Positions 15,110-24,000 are shown, numbered from the stretch's first letter. The stretch: DNA of 24,000 bases from Candidatus Pacearchaeota archaeon (GCA_026016245.1 CP061211.1:270679-294678); one strand, 5' to 3'. The notes: generated from the sequence alone by a model not told the origin. Numbers and translations are program-made.

Positions 15110-15655
15110 ATGGATAAAAAGCGAAGTAAGATGAATAAAAAAGCTCAATTTTTCATTATTTTTGCAGTAATTCTTGGGATAATAATTCTAAGCCTGGCAA
15201 CAATATTCAATACAATAATAAAGACTGGAAGAGAAGAAACAGCTCCTAAGAAATTTGCTCTGATGTGTAAAAATTACAAAGAGGAGGTTTTCAGAGTCAG
15301 TGAACATGCAATAAACACAAGCAACAAGAGTGGGGAAGCTGGCTTGATTCTTGATTTCACTAAAGAATTTATGAGTTATGCAGAAAAAACTGATCCTAAT
15401 TTTGGCCTTGTTTATGTTTATGGTAATAATAATTATGTAAATATTTTGGATGCAACAGATTATGAAATTGTTGTTGAGGATTATGATAATTGGCAGTCAT
15501 TAAATGGTTATAGATTTATAGAGATTATTGGACCAGTAGATAAAATAATTTTATCAAGTGAGAAAGTTAATAAACAATATGAAATTGACAATAATGAAAA
15601 GTTTTGGTTTATAGCCTTGACAGAAAAAGATGGTGAAGAATATGTTTGTGAATAA
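15110..15655 (+). CDS. Archaeal pilin-like / class III signal peptide secreted protein
   Basis: MNKKAQFFIIFAVILGIIILSLATIF: KKAQ-type cleavage context followed by a single hydrophobic helix, then soluble domain. Confidence 0.65.
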   Translation: MDKKRSKMNKKAQFFIIFAVILGIIILSLATIFNTIIKTGREETAPKKFALMCKNYKEEVFRVSEHAINTSNKSGEAGLILDFTKEFMSYAEKTDPNFGLVYVYGNNNYVNILDATDYEIVVEDYDNWQSLNGYRFIEIIGPVDKIILSSEKVNKQYEIDNNEKFWFIALTEKDGEEYVCE

Positions 15656-16163
15656 AAAAGAAAATAAGAAAGGCATTAGTATCCTTGTTTCTTATGTTCT
15701 GCTCATCACCTTAGCTATAGCTCTTGCAGCAGCCACATATACATTCTTGAGAACCTATGCAGAAAAACCACTCCCAGAAGAAGGCTGTCCTGAAGGAACT
15801 AACATAGTTATTGAAAATTATACTTGTGAAGATGATGGAATCAATATAACAATAAAAAATCGTGGTTTGTTTAATGTTACAGGAGTTTTTATTAAAATTG
15901 GTAATGAAACAGACAGTGAATTTTTATATGATTTTTTAGAGATAAGTCCTGACTGTACAGGCAAACCAAGATGTGTTATTTGTGACAGAGATCCTTGTTT
16001 TGCCCCTAATGAAGAATTTTATCCAGAAAGTCCTTTTAGTTATTCATCTTTTAATAAAATAACAAGAATAGTGGTTATTCCATATAGGGCAGGAGAGCCT
16101 TATGCCACTCTATGCAAGAATGCTATCGCTAGTCTAGATATCCCAGAGGGAGCATGTGAATAA
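15642..16163 (+). CDS. Archaeal type IV pilin-like protein
   Basis: NKKGISILVSYVLLITLAIALAAATYTFLRTYAE, then a Cys-rich domain. ATG 15642 is a plausible alternative to the track start at 15630. Confidence 0.75.
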   Translation: MFVNKKENKKGISILVSYVLLITLAIALAAATYTFLRTYAEKPLPEEGCPEGTNIVIENYTCEDDGINITIKNRGLFNVTGVFIKIGNETDSEFLYDFLEISPDCTGKPRCVICDRDPCFAPNEEFYPESPFSYSSFNKITRIVVIPYRAGEPYATLCKNAIASLDIPEGACE

Positions 16164-16203
16164 TTTGGATAAAATATTTAAATCCAAAAATCAACTAAGT
16201 AAT

Positions 16204-16644
16204 ATGAGGAAAAAAGATAAAAAAGGAATTTCTCCAGTTGTTGCAACTGTCCTGCTTATAGTTGTCGCAATAGCACTTTTTTTGCTTATTTTTATGTGGC
16301 TTCGTGGTTTTCAAAAGGAAGCTATAACAAAAGATGGCACACCAATAGAATTAGTATGTAATGAAATCAATTTTGATATTTCTTATAATAGTGTTATAGA
16401 AACATTACAAGTAGTTAATATGGGGGATTATCCTATTCATAGAGCAGAGATTTATCGTGTGACTGAAACAAGTACAACTAAATTGGGGGATATTTCTGGA
16501 ATAACTCCTGGTACAACTGGAATAATAAGTGGAATAGCATGTATGGAACAAATAAAAGTTATTCCTGTTTTGCTTGGAATAACTAAATCTGGAGCTCAAG
16601 AAGAATATGTTTGTGAAAACCAAGCACAAACCATTTCATGTTAA
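16204..16644 (+). CDS. Archaeal type IV pilin-like protein
   Basis: MRKKDKKGISPVVATVLLIVVAIALFLLIFMWLRGFQ is the classic archaeal pilin N-terminus. The track start at 16156 is a GTG; ATG 16204 looks more likely. Confidence 0.82.
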   Translation: MRKKDKKGISPVVATVLLIVVAIALFLLIFMWLRGFQKEAITKDGTPIELVCNEINFDISYNSVIETLQVVNMGDYPIHRAEIYRVTETSTTKLGDISGITPGTTGIISGIACMEQIKVIPVLLGITKSGAQEEYVCENQAQTISC

Positions 16645-16669
16645 AAAATTATACTAAAAGAGGTAAAAA

Positions 16670-17152
16670 ATGAAAAATAAAAAAGGAATTGAACCTGTGA
16701 TTGCAACAGTTTTGCTTATAGTGATCACAATTGTTGTTGTGGCTTTAGTTATTGCTTTTGTAGTGCCTTTTGTACAAGAACAAATGAAGGGAGCAGAATT
16801 GTGTTATGGGGCTAGAGTTGAAATCAAAGAAGCTTGTTTCAATTACACAGATAGTCATTTAGTAATAAGGATTGGTCGTGGAGCAGAAGATTTTGAACTT
16901 GTAGGTATTGTAGTACAAGCCTCAGTAGCAGAAGTAACCAAAACCCATATTCTGAAAGAAGATACAGATTATGGAGATGGGCTACCAAAAGTTTTAGAGG
17001 AGATCCAATATAAAATACCTTTAACTGCATTTGATATTGCAGACAATATAAATATAACTTCAGTTGCAATTTCTCCAGTAGTTAAGAGTGGAGTTACAGA
17101 AAAAACTTGTGAGATTACTTCACAGATGACTATCAGTATATGTCCTGAGTAA
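16670..17152 (+). CDS. Archaeal type IV pilin-like protein
   Basis: MKNKKGIEPVIATVLLIVITIVVVALVIAFVVPFVQEQ. Confidence 0.82.
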   Translation: MKNKKGIEPVIATVLLIVITIVVVALVIAFVVPFVQEQMKGAELCYGARVEIKEACFNYTDSHLVIRIGRGAEDFELVGIVVQASVAEVTKTHILKEDTDYGDGLPKVLEEIQYKIPLTAFDIADNINITSVAISPVVKSGVTEKTCEITSQMTISICPE

Positions 17153-17159
17153 ATAGAAA

Positions 17160-17672
17160 ATGAAAAAACAAGCAGTAGTTTGGGTTTCTACAGTTCTTTA
17201 TATTTTAATTAGTCTGGCTATCCTTGGTATTGTGTTAGCAGCTGTACAGCCAAGGATTAAAGCAGCAAGAGATAAGGCAGCTATAGACCAGACAGTAAAC
17301 ATGTTGAATGAGCTTGATCAAAAGATAATTGAAGTGGATAGTTCAGCAGAAGGAAATGTCAGATCAATAAGCTTGCAGCTGAAAAGAGGTATTCTTATAA
17401 TTGATAAGGATGAAGATGAAATAAAATGGACTCTTGAAGACTCCTCCTATAAATATAGTGAGCCAGGAACAACAATCATCATTGGTAGAATCAAAGCTCT
17501 CACAGAAGAAGTCCCAGGAGGTTTTAATGTTACTTTAACTTTGGATTATCAAAATAATCTAAACATAACTTCTAGCTTGGTATTGCAGCCTGCTGAAATT
17601 CCATACAAAGTTTTTATGAAAAATGAGGGTTTGTATGAAAAACTTAATCAGATTAAAATTTATTCTACTTAA
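17160..17672 (+). CDS. Secreted/pilin-like protein with N-terminal TM helix
   Basis: MKKQAVVWVSTVLYILISLAILGIVLAAVQPRIKAARDKAAIDQTVNMLNELDQKI resembles a minor pilin/pseudopilin. 7-nt gap to the preceding gene. Confidence 0.65.
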   Translation: MKKQAVVWVSTVLYILISLAILGIVLAAVQPRIKAARDKAAIDQTVNMLNELDQKIIEVDSSAEGNVRSISLQLKRGILIIDKDEDEIKWTLEDSSYKYSEPGTTIIIGRIKALTEEVPGGFNVTLTLDYQNNLNITSSLVLQPAEIPYKVFMKNEGLYEKLNQIKIYST

Positions 17673-17710
17673 TAAGAAAATTTAAATATAGTTCATTACT
17701 TTTTTTATCT

Positions 17711-19015
17711 ATGCTTGATCCAAAGTTTATTCGAGAAAACTCAAAAGAGGTAAAAGAAGCCATAAAAAACAGGCAGCTTGATCCTAAACTTGTTGATGCT
17801 TTTATTCAAAAAGATAAAAAATATAGAGAGCTAAAACAGAAAGTTGATAATTTAAGATATCAGCGTAATAAGATTTCTGAGGATATTAATCGGCTAAAGA
17901 AGTTAAAAAAAGAGAGTGAAGTAAGGAAAAAAATAAAGGAAGCCAAAGAAATTCCTAATAAAATCAAGAAGATAGAGGATGAAATAAGAAGATTCGAACC
18001 AAATATAAGAAATTTACTTCTTACAATTCCTAATATGCCAGCAAAAGATGTTCCTATAGGTAAAAGTGAGAAAGATAACAAAATAATCAAAAAATATAGT
18101 AAGATACAAAAATTCAAATTTAAAGTTAAAGGCCATGAAGAACTTGCCACAAATTTTGATTTGCTTGATATTGAAAGAGCTGCAAAAGTTTCAGGAGCCC
18201 GCTTTTATTACCTGAAAAATGAGGCTGTGATTCTTGACCACGCTTTACAAAGATTTGCCCTAGATTTTATGAAAAAGAAAGGCTATCAACTTATAGAGCC
18301 TCCCTTTATGTTAAAAAAAAGACCTTATGAAGGGGTTGCTCATCTAGAAACTTTCGGGGAAATGCTGTATAAAATTCAAGATGAAGATCTTTATTTAATA
18401 GCAACAGCAGAACATCCTCTTGCTGTTTATCACATGAATGAAGTTTTAAATAATAAAAACCTTCCAATAAAGTTTGCTGGGATTAGTCCTTGTTTTAGAA
18501 AAGAAGCAGGAAGTCATGGTAGAGATACTAAAGGAATTTTCAGAGTTCATCAATTTAACAAAGTAGAGCAATTTATATTTTGCAAGCCAGAAGAGAGCAA
18601 AAGATTACATAAAGAACTTTTGAAAAATATGGAAGAAATTTATAAGGCATTAAAAATTCCTTATAGAATTGTTGAAATGTGTACAAGTGAGTTGGGAAAA
18701 TTAGCTGCAAAACAATATGATATAGAAGCCTGGTTCCCTGCTCAACAAAATTATAGGGAGATCACTTCTTGTTCTAACTGTACAGATTATCAAGCAAGAA
18801 GATTAAATATAAGATTTTTTGATGAAAACGGAGAGAGAAAATTTGTTCATACACTAAATGCAACAGCCATACCAACACAAAGAACAATAGCTACAATCCT
18901 AGAAAATTATCAGCAGAAAGATGGCAGCATTAAGATTCCTAATGTTCTACAAAAATATTGTGGATTTAAAATAATAAAAGGTAAATCAAAAAAGAAAATA
19001 AAGAAAAAGAAGTGA
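17711..19015 (+). CDS. serS: Serine--tRNA ligase (class II, standard type)
   Basis: MLDPKFIRENSKEVKEAIKNR, N-terminal coiled-coil arm, GISPCFRKEAGSHGRDTKGIFRVHQFNKVEQF (motif 2), NATAIPTQRTIATILENYQQKDGSIKIPNVLQKY (motif 3). Confidence 0.97.
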   Translation: MLDPKFIRENSKEVKEAIKNRQLDPKLVDAFIQKDKKYRELKQKVDNLRYQRNKISEDINRLKKLKKESEVRKKIKEAKEIPNKIKKIEDEIRRFEPNIRNLLLTIPNMPAKDVPIGKSEKDNKIIKKYSKIQKFKFKVKGHEELATNFDLLDIERAAKVSGARFYYLKNEAVILDHALQRFALDFMKKKGYQLIEPPFMLKKRPYEGVAHLETFGEMLYKIQDEDLYLIATAEHPLAVYHMNEVLNNKNLPIKFAGISPCFRKEAGSHGRDTKGIFRVHQFNKVEQFIFCKPEESKRLHKELLKNMEEIYKALKIPYRIVEMCTSELGKLAAKQYDIEAWFPAQQNYREITSCSNCTDYQARRLNIRFFDENGERKFVHTLNATAIPTQRTIATILENYQQKDGSIKIPNVLQKYCGFKIIKGKSKKKIKKKK

Positions 19016-19024
19016 AAGGAGGTG
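19016..19024 (+). promoter_or_regulatory. Strong Shine-Dalgarno sequence
   Basis: AAGGAGGTGTGAAATG immediately before the gene at 19029; near-perfect anti-SD complement. Confidence 0.7.
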
Positions 19025-19028
19025 TGAA

Positions 19029-19433
19029 ATGAAAAAATCTACAGCTGAATTATGGGTGAAGATTATTGCTATTCTTGGATTTATTGGAGCAGTATTAGCA
19101 GTTATCGCTGGAATTGCTATGTTAATAGGTGGAAGCTTCTTGCCAGCTATTTTTCCTTACTTTGAACAAGAAGCATGGGGAGGAGTAATTGTTGGCGGTG
19201 TTTTAGTATTTGTTGGAATATTAATCATGGCATTCGGAGTTTTTGAGTTTATTGTGGCTCTAAATCTTTGGCAACATAAGAATTGGGCAAGAATAATAAT
19301 GATGATATTTGCAGTTTTAGGAATAATTTCTGGATTAATAGCTCTACCAGGAGGAATAGTAAGCTTAGTGATTTATGGGGGAATCTTCTATCTGCTTGTC
19401 TTGAACAAGGATATCATAAAACTTTTCCGTTAA
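19029..19433 (+). CDS. Small four-TM membrane protein, unknown function
   Basis: 134 aa, four hydrophobic segments, preceded by a strong SD. Confidence 0.7.
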   Translation: MKKSTAELWVKIIAILGFIGAVLAVIAGIAMLIGGSFLPAIFPYFEQEAWGGVIVGGVLVFVGILIMAFGVFEFIVALNLWQHKNWARIIMMIFAVLGIISGLIALPGGIVSLVIYGGIFYLLVLNKDIIKLFR

Positions 19434-19553
19434 ATCTTTGTTTTTTATTTTTTAATTTTTCTTTTTATTTTCCTATTTTAATTCTTTATTATTACTATTC
19501 CTAAATGACTAAAATTCGGACATTTTAAATATCCCCATTTCTTACTATATAAA

Positions 19554-20969
19554 ATGGCAAATAAGAATCCAAGGCTAAAAGAATTTAATGATTTATGTAG
19601 GAATGTAGCACAGTATTATGCTAAGAAAGATCTTTACAAATATTTAGATCTTTCCTTAGATTTAATTGGTTTTAAAGATAAAAAAAAGCCAGAACTTCTT
19701 GAACAGCTTCTTAAGGATAAAGAGATTAAAAAAGAAGCAAAAATCTGGGGGACAGTTCATGAAGCATATGAATTAGGCTGTGATATTTTTGAAATTGAGG
19801 TAAAAGAATACAAGGAATCAAAAGAAGAAAAAGTAATAGAAAAAGAGATTCCTAAACCAAAAATTTCAGTTCCTGCTCTTGTTAAGACAAAATCCTTAAT
19901 ACCAGCAGTTCTAAGATCAGTAATAAAAAAACCAAAGCCAATAATATATGCTAAAAAACCTAAGCAACCTAAACCAAAACCTATTGTTGAAAAAGTAGAG
20001 CTGAAAAAAGAATACATAAAGCCTGAGCCTATAAAAGCAGAACCAATAAAAGAAAGAAAAAAGACTAAGGTAAATCCTTGGAATATTGGCATTCCTATTG
20101 GTATTGCTGCCACATCTTGCCTTATGGCATTCTTGTATTTAAGCAGCCAGATAAAAAATATAGAAGCTAATATTTATAATAAGAAACTTGAGTGTTTAGA
20201 TACAATAACTTCTCAGTTAGATAATTTTAATATAGGCAGATCAGTATATCATGAATTAACTCATGATTCCTTAATTGAAGGAGAAAGTAAGGTTTCTTTA
20301 GCAAAACTTGTGAGTTATGATAAAGGAGATGAAAATATAAAAGAGAAACTTGAATCAATTCAGCTAAATCTTGATCCTGGAAATCCTCTTGGTGAAGATG
20401 GATATATAATAACAAGTGGATATTTTGCTGTAAGGCACACTGGAGGTCCTGGCAGCACTAAAACAAGACTTCATAATGCTCTTGATATGGTCGCAAAAAA
20501 AGGAAAAGTAAAACATGAACTTTATCATATAGGTTGTGGGGGTAATGTAACAAGAGCAGGATATAATAGAAATTTATGGCAATATGGGAATCTAGTAGAA
20601 GTGTTAACTGATGATGGATATTATATGAGGTTTGGCCATCTTTCAAAAATTTCAGTAAAAGTTGGGGAAAGAGTAGAGGTTGGAGAGCTTATAGGTTTTA
20701 TGGGAAATACAGGAAGATGTTCAATAAGCGAGAAAACAGGAAAAAAAGCAATACATCTACATCTAGAAACTTTCTACAGAGGAAAAAGTGGTGAAAAAAT
20801 ATTATTCAATCCAATAAAATTTCTCAGAAAGGGTCATTTTGGGAAAGCTAAGAATGGGATTAATAAAGTGAAACAATTTATCACACAATCTTTTCCATCT
20901 CCTCCAAGCCAAGAAAAATCTTCTTATGATGCTGATTTTATCATGTTCCGAGAAATAGAATATGATTAG
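19554..20969 (+). CDS. Membrane-anchored M23-family (LytM-like) metallopeptidase
   Basis: TM helix IGIPIGIAATSCLMAFLYLS, then TRLHNALDMVAKKG (HxxxD), MRFGHLSKISVKVGERVEVGELIGFMGNTG, AIHLHLET (HxH). TATA CTATATAAA just upstream of the ATG. Confidence 0.85.
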   Translation: MANKNPRLKEFNDLCRNVAQYYAKKDLYKYLDLSLDLIGFKDKKKPELLEQLLKDKEIKKEAKIWGTVHEAYELGCDIFEIEVKEYKESKEEKVIEKEIPKPKISVPALVKTKSLIPAVLRSVIKKPKPIIYAKKPKQPKPKPIVEKVELKKEYIKPEPIKAEPIKERKKTKVNPWNIGIPIGIAATSCLMAFLYLSSQIKNIEANIYNKKLECLDTITSQLDNFNIGRSVYHELTHDSLIEGESKVSLAKLVSYDKGDENIKEKLESIQLNLDPGNPLGEDGYIITSGYFAVRHTGGPGSTKTRLHNALDMVAKKGKVKHELYHIGCGGNVTRAGYNRNLWQYGNLVEVLTDDGYYMRFGHLSKISVKVGERVEVGELIGFMGNTGRCSISEKTGKKAIHLHLETFYRGKSGEKILFNPIKFLRKGHFGKAKNGINKVKQFITQSFPSPPSQEKSSYDADFIMFREIEYD

Positions 20970-21013
20970 AATTCTTCAAGAAGTTTTTTAAATTAAATTA
21001 TCTTATTCTTATC

Positions 21014-21703
21014 ATGACTAAAAAAATAAAGAAGAAAAAAACAAAGACAAGGAAAAAGAAATTAAAAAAAGGGGAAGAGAAAAAAGAAAAACATTTCAAG
21101 ATTCTAGCTATTGGTGATTTACATGGAGATAGTAGACAAGCTTCAAAATTAGCAAAAAAAGCAAAAAAGCAAAAAGTTGATCTTATCATTCTTTCTGGGG
21201 ATCTTACATTTGCTGAATCTAGTATTGATTATCTCGTAGGGCCTTTTGCAAAAAGAAAACTTGATGTTTTAATAATTCCTGGAAATCATGAAACTCTTGC
21301 AACAGCAAATTTTTTAGAAAAAATTTATAGCCCTCAAGTAAAGAATATCCATGGAAAAGGTCTTAAAAAAGAAGATATAGGAATTTTTGGTGCTGGAGGC
21401 GCAAACATAGGACTTTTTCAGTTAAGTGAGAAGGAAATTTATGATACATTACAAAGAGGATTCAAAAAAGTTAAAAATGTAAAAAAGAAAATAATGATTA
21501 CTCATGTTCATCCTTCAAAAACTTTAATGGCGAAACTTTCTCACTTTGTTCCAGGATCTGAGGGAGTAAGAAAAGCCATCCTAAAATTTAAACCTGACTT
21601 GGCCATCTGTAGCCATGTTCATGAAGCTGAAGGTATTGAAGAGAAAATTGGAAAAACAAAAGTAATAAATGTCGGAAGAAAAGGCAAGATAATTGTGGTT
21701 TAG
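21014..21703 (+). CDS. Calcineurin-like metallophosphoesterase
   Basis: ILAIGDLHGD, LIILSGDLTF, IIPGNHE, MITHVHPSK, AICSHVHE. Highly basic N-terminus KKIKKKKTKTRKKKLKKG. Confidence 0.9.
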   Translation: MTKKIKKKKTKTRKKKLKKGEEKKEKHFKILAIGDLHGDSRQASKLAKKAKKQKVDLIILSGDLTFAESSIDYLVGPFAKRKLDVLIIPGNHETLATANFLEKIYSPQVKNIHGKGLKKEDIGIFGAGGANIGLFQLSEKEIYDTLQRGFKKVKNVKKKIMITHVHPSKTLMAKLSHFVPGSEGVRKAILKFKPDLAICSHVHEAEGIEEKIGKTKVINVGRKGKIIVV

Positions 21704-21704
21704 A

Positions 21705-22145
21705 ATGAGAAAGAAAAGAATACCAAAACAATTAGGAATAGTAAGAGCAGTAATAGCATCTGGTCCAGTAATTCTAAAAAACAAAAAGATATTAGTTGTG
21801 TTGGATGATAAAGATCCTTTTTTAAAATTCCCTGGTGGAAGAATTCATTACAAAGAAGATTTGAAAAAAACTTGTTTGAGAAGAACCAAAGAGGAAATTG
21901 GAGTCAATATTGAGATTATTAGGCCATTAGATCCAATGCTTTTATGGAAAAAACCACACACAGGAGAAAAAATTCCTGTTGTTCTTATACATTGGCTTTC
22001 AAAACTTAAACCAAAACAGATTCCAAGAAAAGGTAAGCTTCCTCGAAAAATCTTTTGGATTGATTCTAAATATAAAGGTCATAAGTTAGCACCAAATGTT
22101 CAATATTTTCTAAAAAACCTGAAAAAAGAGAAGAAAATTAACTGA
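21705..22145 (+). CDS. Nudix hydrolase
   Basis: FLKFPGGRIHYKEDLKKTCLRRTKEEIGV, Nudix box with the RE position read as RR. Internal ATG 21705 preferred; the track start at 21693 overlaps the preceding gene. Confidence 0.8.
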   Translation: MRKKRIPKQLGIVRAVIASGPVILKNKKILVVLDDKDPFLKFPGGRIHYKEDLKKTCLRRTKEEIGVNIEIIRPLDPMLLWKKPHTGEKIPVVLIHWLSKLKPKQIPRKGKLPRKIFWIDSKYKGHKLAPNVQYFLKNLKKEKKIN

Positions 22146-23490
22146 GATATTTAACCATATAATGTCCTTCTAATTTATAACCAAGCTTTCTGTAATATTC
22201 ACGAACACCTACCCCACTAATAATAAAAATTTTCTTGTAGCTATATTCAGAAGCAATTTTTTCAGCTTCATCCATCAACCACTTTCCTAAACCGGTGTGT
22301 TGAGCTTTTCCTCTTGCTCTTTTACCAATTTTAAGAGCAGGGCCATAAACATGAAGCTCTCTAACAAGCAATATTTCTGATTTATCGGGAATTCTCAATC
22401 TAATGAGGCCAAAAATAATATCATCTTTATTTATTATTTCAATAAAAAGTTCTTTTCCTTTAGACGCCTTATATTCTATCTTATTTAATTTAAGATCTTT
22501 TTTAATTTCTTTTTTCTTAAGTAAAGCAAAACCTATTTCTCTACATCTAATACAATTACATTTCAAACCTAGAACTTCCATTTTGTCATGGATAACTTTT
22601 CTAAGATCAATTCTTATTGTTCCTGCAACAAGAAAATCAGGAGGAATTTCTCTCATCACTCTCATAATTCTACAATATCTTGGAACAATTTGTTTGAATT
22701 CTATAATTAATTTGATTAATTGTTCTTTTGTGTAAGGTTTATATTTTCCTCTCTCATATAATCTTTCAAGCTCTGCTCCTTTGATAACTTGTGTTGGATA
22801 AATTTTTAATTGGTCAGGTTTAAAATCAGAATTTAAGAATAATTCTCTAAACATTCTGATATCTTTTTTAAAATTACTTCCAGGCAAACCAGGCATTATA
22901 TGATAACCAATTTTAAAGCCAGCATTTTTCAGTCTGCGAGTTGCCTCAATTACATCTCTAACTGTATGGCCTCTGCAAACTTTCTTATAGATTTTATCAT
23001 CTGGAGCCTGAACACCAAGCTCAACTCTTGTACAGCCAAATTCTAACATTTTCTCTATATCTTTTTTAGAACAAAAATCTGGCCTTGTTTCTATGCACAA
23101 AGCAACGCACCTATGCTCTGCTTTCTCATTAAGCTTTTTTGCTTGCTCTAGTGTTTTACTTATTTTGCCATTAAAAGCATCATAACATGCTTTGATGAAA
23201 TTATATTGGTAGTTTTTAGGATAAGCAGGAAATGTTCCACCCATTATAATAAGTTCAATCTTGTCAGTAGGATGTTTCATTGCTTGAAATGCTTTTAATC
23301 TAGCAAGAGTCTGTTTGTGAGGATCATAATTTAACAACATAGCGCACATAATTGCTGGACTTTTGGGGGTATAAGATTGAGGAACAGCCAGAGTAGGACA
23401 GTAAAGACAGGTTCCGTGAGGGCATTTTCTAGGTTTAATAACTACTGCTAATGGTGTTACTCCAGATATTGTTTTTGTTGGTTTTCTCAC
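22138..23490 (-). CDS. elp3: Elp3-type tRNA uridine(34) 5-carboxymethyl-modifying radical SAM/acetyltransferase
   Basis: VVIKPRKCPHGTCLYCP radical SAM motif, IMGGTFPAYP, ETRPDFC, TRVELGVQ, and a C-terminal GNAT domain (QHTGLGKWLMDEAEKIASEYSYKKIFIISGVGVREYYRKLGY). Confidence 0.95.
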   Translation of the reverse strand: MRKPTKTISGVTPLAVVIKPRKCPHGTCLYCPTLAVPQSYTPKSPAIMCAMLLNYDPHKQTLARLKAFQAMKHPTDKIELIIMGGTFPAYPKNYQYNFIKACYDAFNGKISKTLEQAKKLNEKAEHRCVALCIETRPDFCSKKDIEKMLEFGCTRVELGVQAPDDKIYKKVCRGHTVRDVIEATRRLKNAGFKIGYHIMPGLPGSNFKKDIRMFRELFLNSDFKPDQLKIYPTQVIKGAELERLYERGKYKPYTKEQLIKLIIEFKQIVPRYCRIMRVMREIPPDFLVAGTIRIDLRKVIHDKMEVLGLKCNCIRCREIGFALLKKKEIKKDLKLNKIEYKASKGKELFIEIINKDDIIFGLIRLRIPDKSEILLVRELHVYGPALKIGKRARGKAQHTGLGKWLMDEAEKIASEYSYKKIFIISGVGVREYYRKLGYKLEGHYMVKYLS

Positions 23491-23532
23491 AATAAGGGAA
23501 GAAATTTAAATCTTAAAAAGCTTCTTGATTAT

Positions 23533-24000
23533 ATGAAACAAAATCAGGAAAAAGTTTGGGATGCAATAGCAGAACAATGGTATCATTTTAGACAGAGACC
23601 TTTTAGAGATATTACTGCTGAGATTGACAAAATAACTAGTGAATTCAAGCCTGGCAAGATTCTTGATATTGGATGTGGTAATTGTCGTCACTTATTGCCT
23701 TTTTTTAAAAGAGGTTTTGATTGTTATGGAATTGATTTTAGTAGTGAGATGTTGAAATATGCAAAGGAATTTTCTAAAAAATATGATTTTAAAGTCAAAT
23801 TAAAGAAGGCAAAAGCAGAAAAACTGCCTTTCAAGAACAAGAGTTTTAATTATGTTTTAAGCGTAGCTGTATTACATCATTTAAAAAAGAAAGAACAAGA
23901 GAAAGCTATTAAAGAAATATATCGAATTCTAAAGCCAGGAGGAATAGCCCTTGTGTCTGTATGGAATAAATATCCTCTTCTGTCTTTATTTGTCAAAGAA
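23533..24000 (+). CDS. Class I SAM methyltransferase, Trm9/ALKBH8-like (truncated by window edge)
   Basis: My translation from ATG 23533: MKQNQEKVWDAIAEQWYHFRQRPFRDITAEIDKITSEFKPGKILDIGCGNCRHLLPFFKRGFDCYGIDFSSEMLKYAKEF...LSVAVLHHLKKKEQEKAIKEIYRILKPGG. Confidence 0.82.
   Translation, partial: MKQNQEKVWDAIAEQWYHFRQRPFRDITAEIDKITSEFKPGKILDIGCGNCRHLLPFFKRGFDCYGIDFSSEMLKYAKEFSKKYDFKVKLKKAKAEKLPFKNKSFNYVLSVAVLHHLKKKEQEKAIKEIYRILKPGGIALVSVWNKYPLLSLFVKE

Noticed and set aside
20998-21060. A-rich repeat AAAAAAATAAAGAAGAAAAAAAC...
   Set aside because: Codes for the Lys-rich N-terminus of the metallophosphoesterase; no need for a separate repeat feature.
1-24000. CRISPR array, transposase, integrase, toxin-antitoxin or phage structural genes
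   Set aside because: Looked for direct repeats with spacers and for characteristic proteins; none seen on either strand.

Overview
The window is AT-rich archaeal chromosome, probably from a DPANN-like lineage (inference). The grounds are archaeal RFC large and small subunits, an OB-fold ssDNA-binding protein, a BHB-intron tRNA, an SRP 7S RNA, TrmB-type regulation, class III (type IV pilin-like) signal peptides, and Elp3. Most genes are housekeeping: AMMECR1, MFS, YchF-like GTPase, Nudix x2, RFC, SerS, Elp3. Four areas deserve a closer look. (1) Genes at 12078-14182 form a translationally coupled pair. One encodes a radical SAM protein with a B12-binding-like N-terminus. The other encodes a small protein whose layout matches tRNA-dependent cyclodipeptide synthases (CDPS) but with altered active-site residues. 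They are divergent from a TrmB-family regulator, and a perfect 16-bp palindrome lies between the two promoters. This is the best candidate for an undescribed system. (2) Five consecutive small genes for pilin-like, single-N-terminal-helix secreted proteins lie at 15110-17672. (3) An operon pairs a LigD-like ligase with degenerate motifs and a divergent SpeD-like protein. (4) A tRNA-Ile(UAU) carries a 38-nt intron with a canonical bulge-helix-bulge. No CRISPR array, transposon or rRNA was found.
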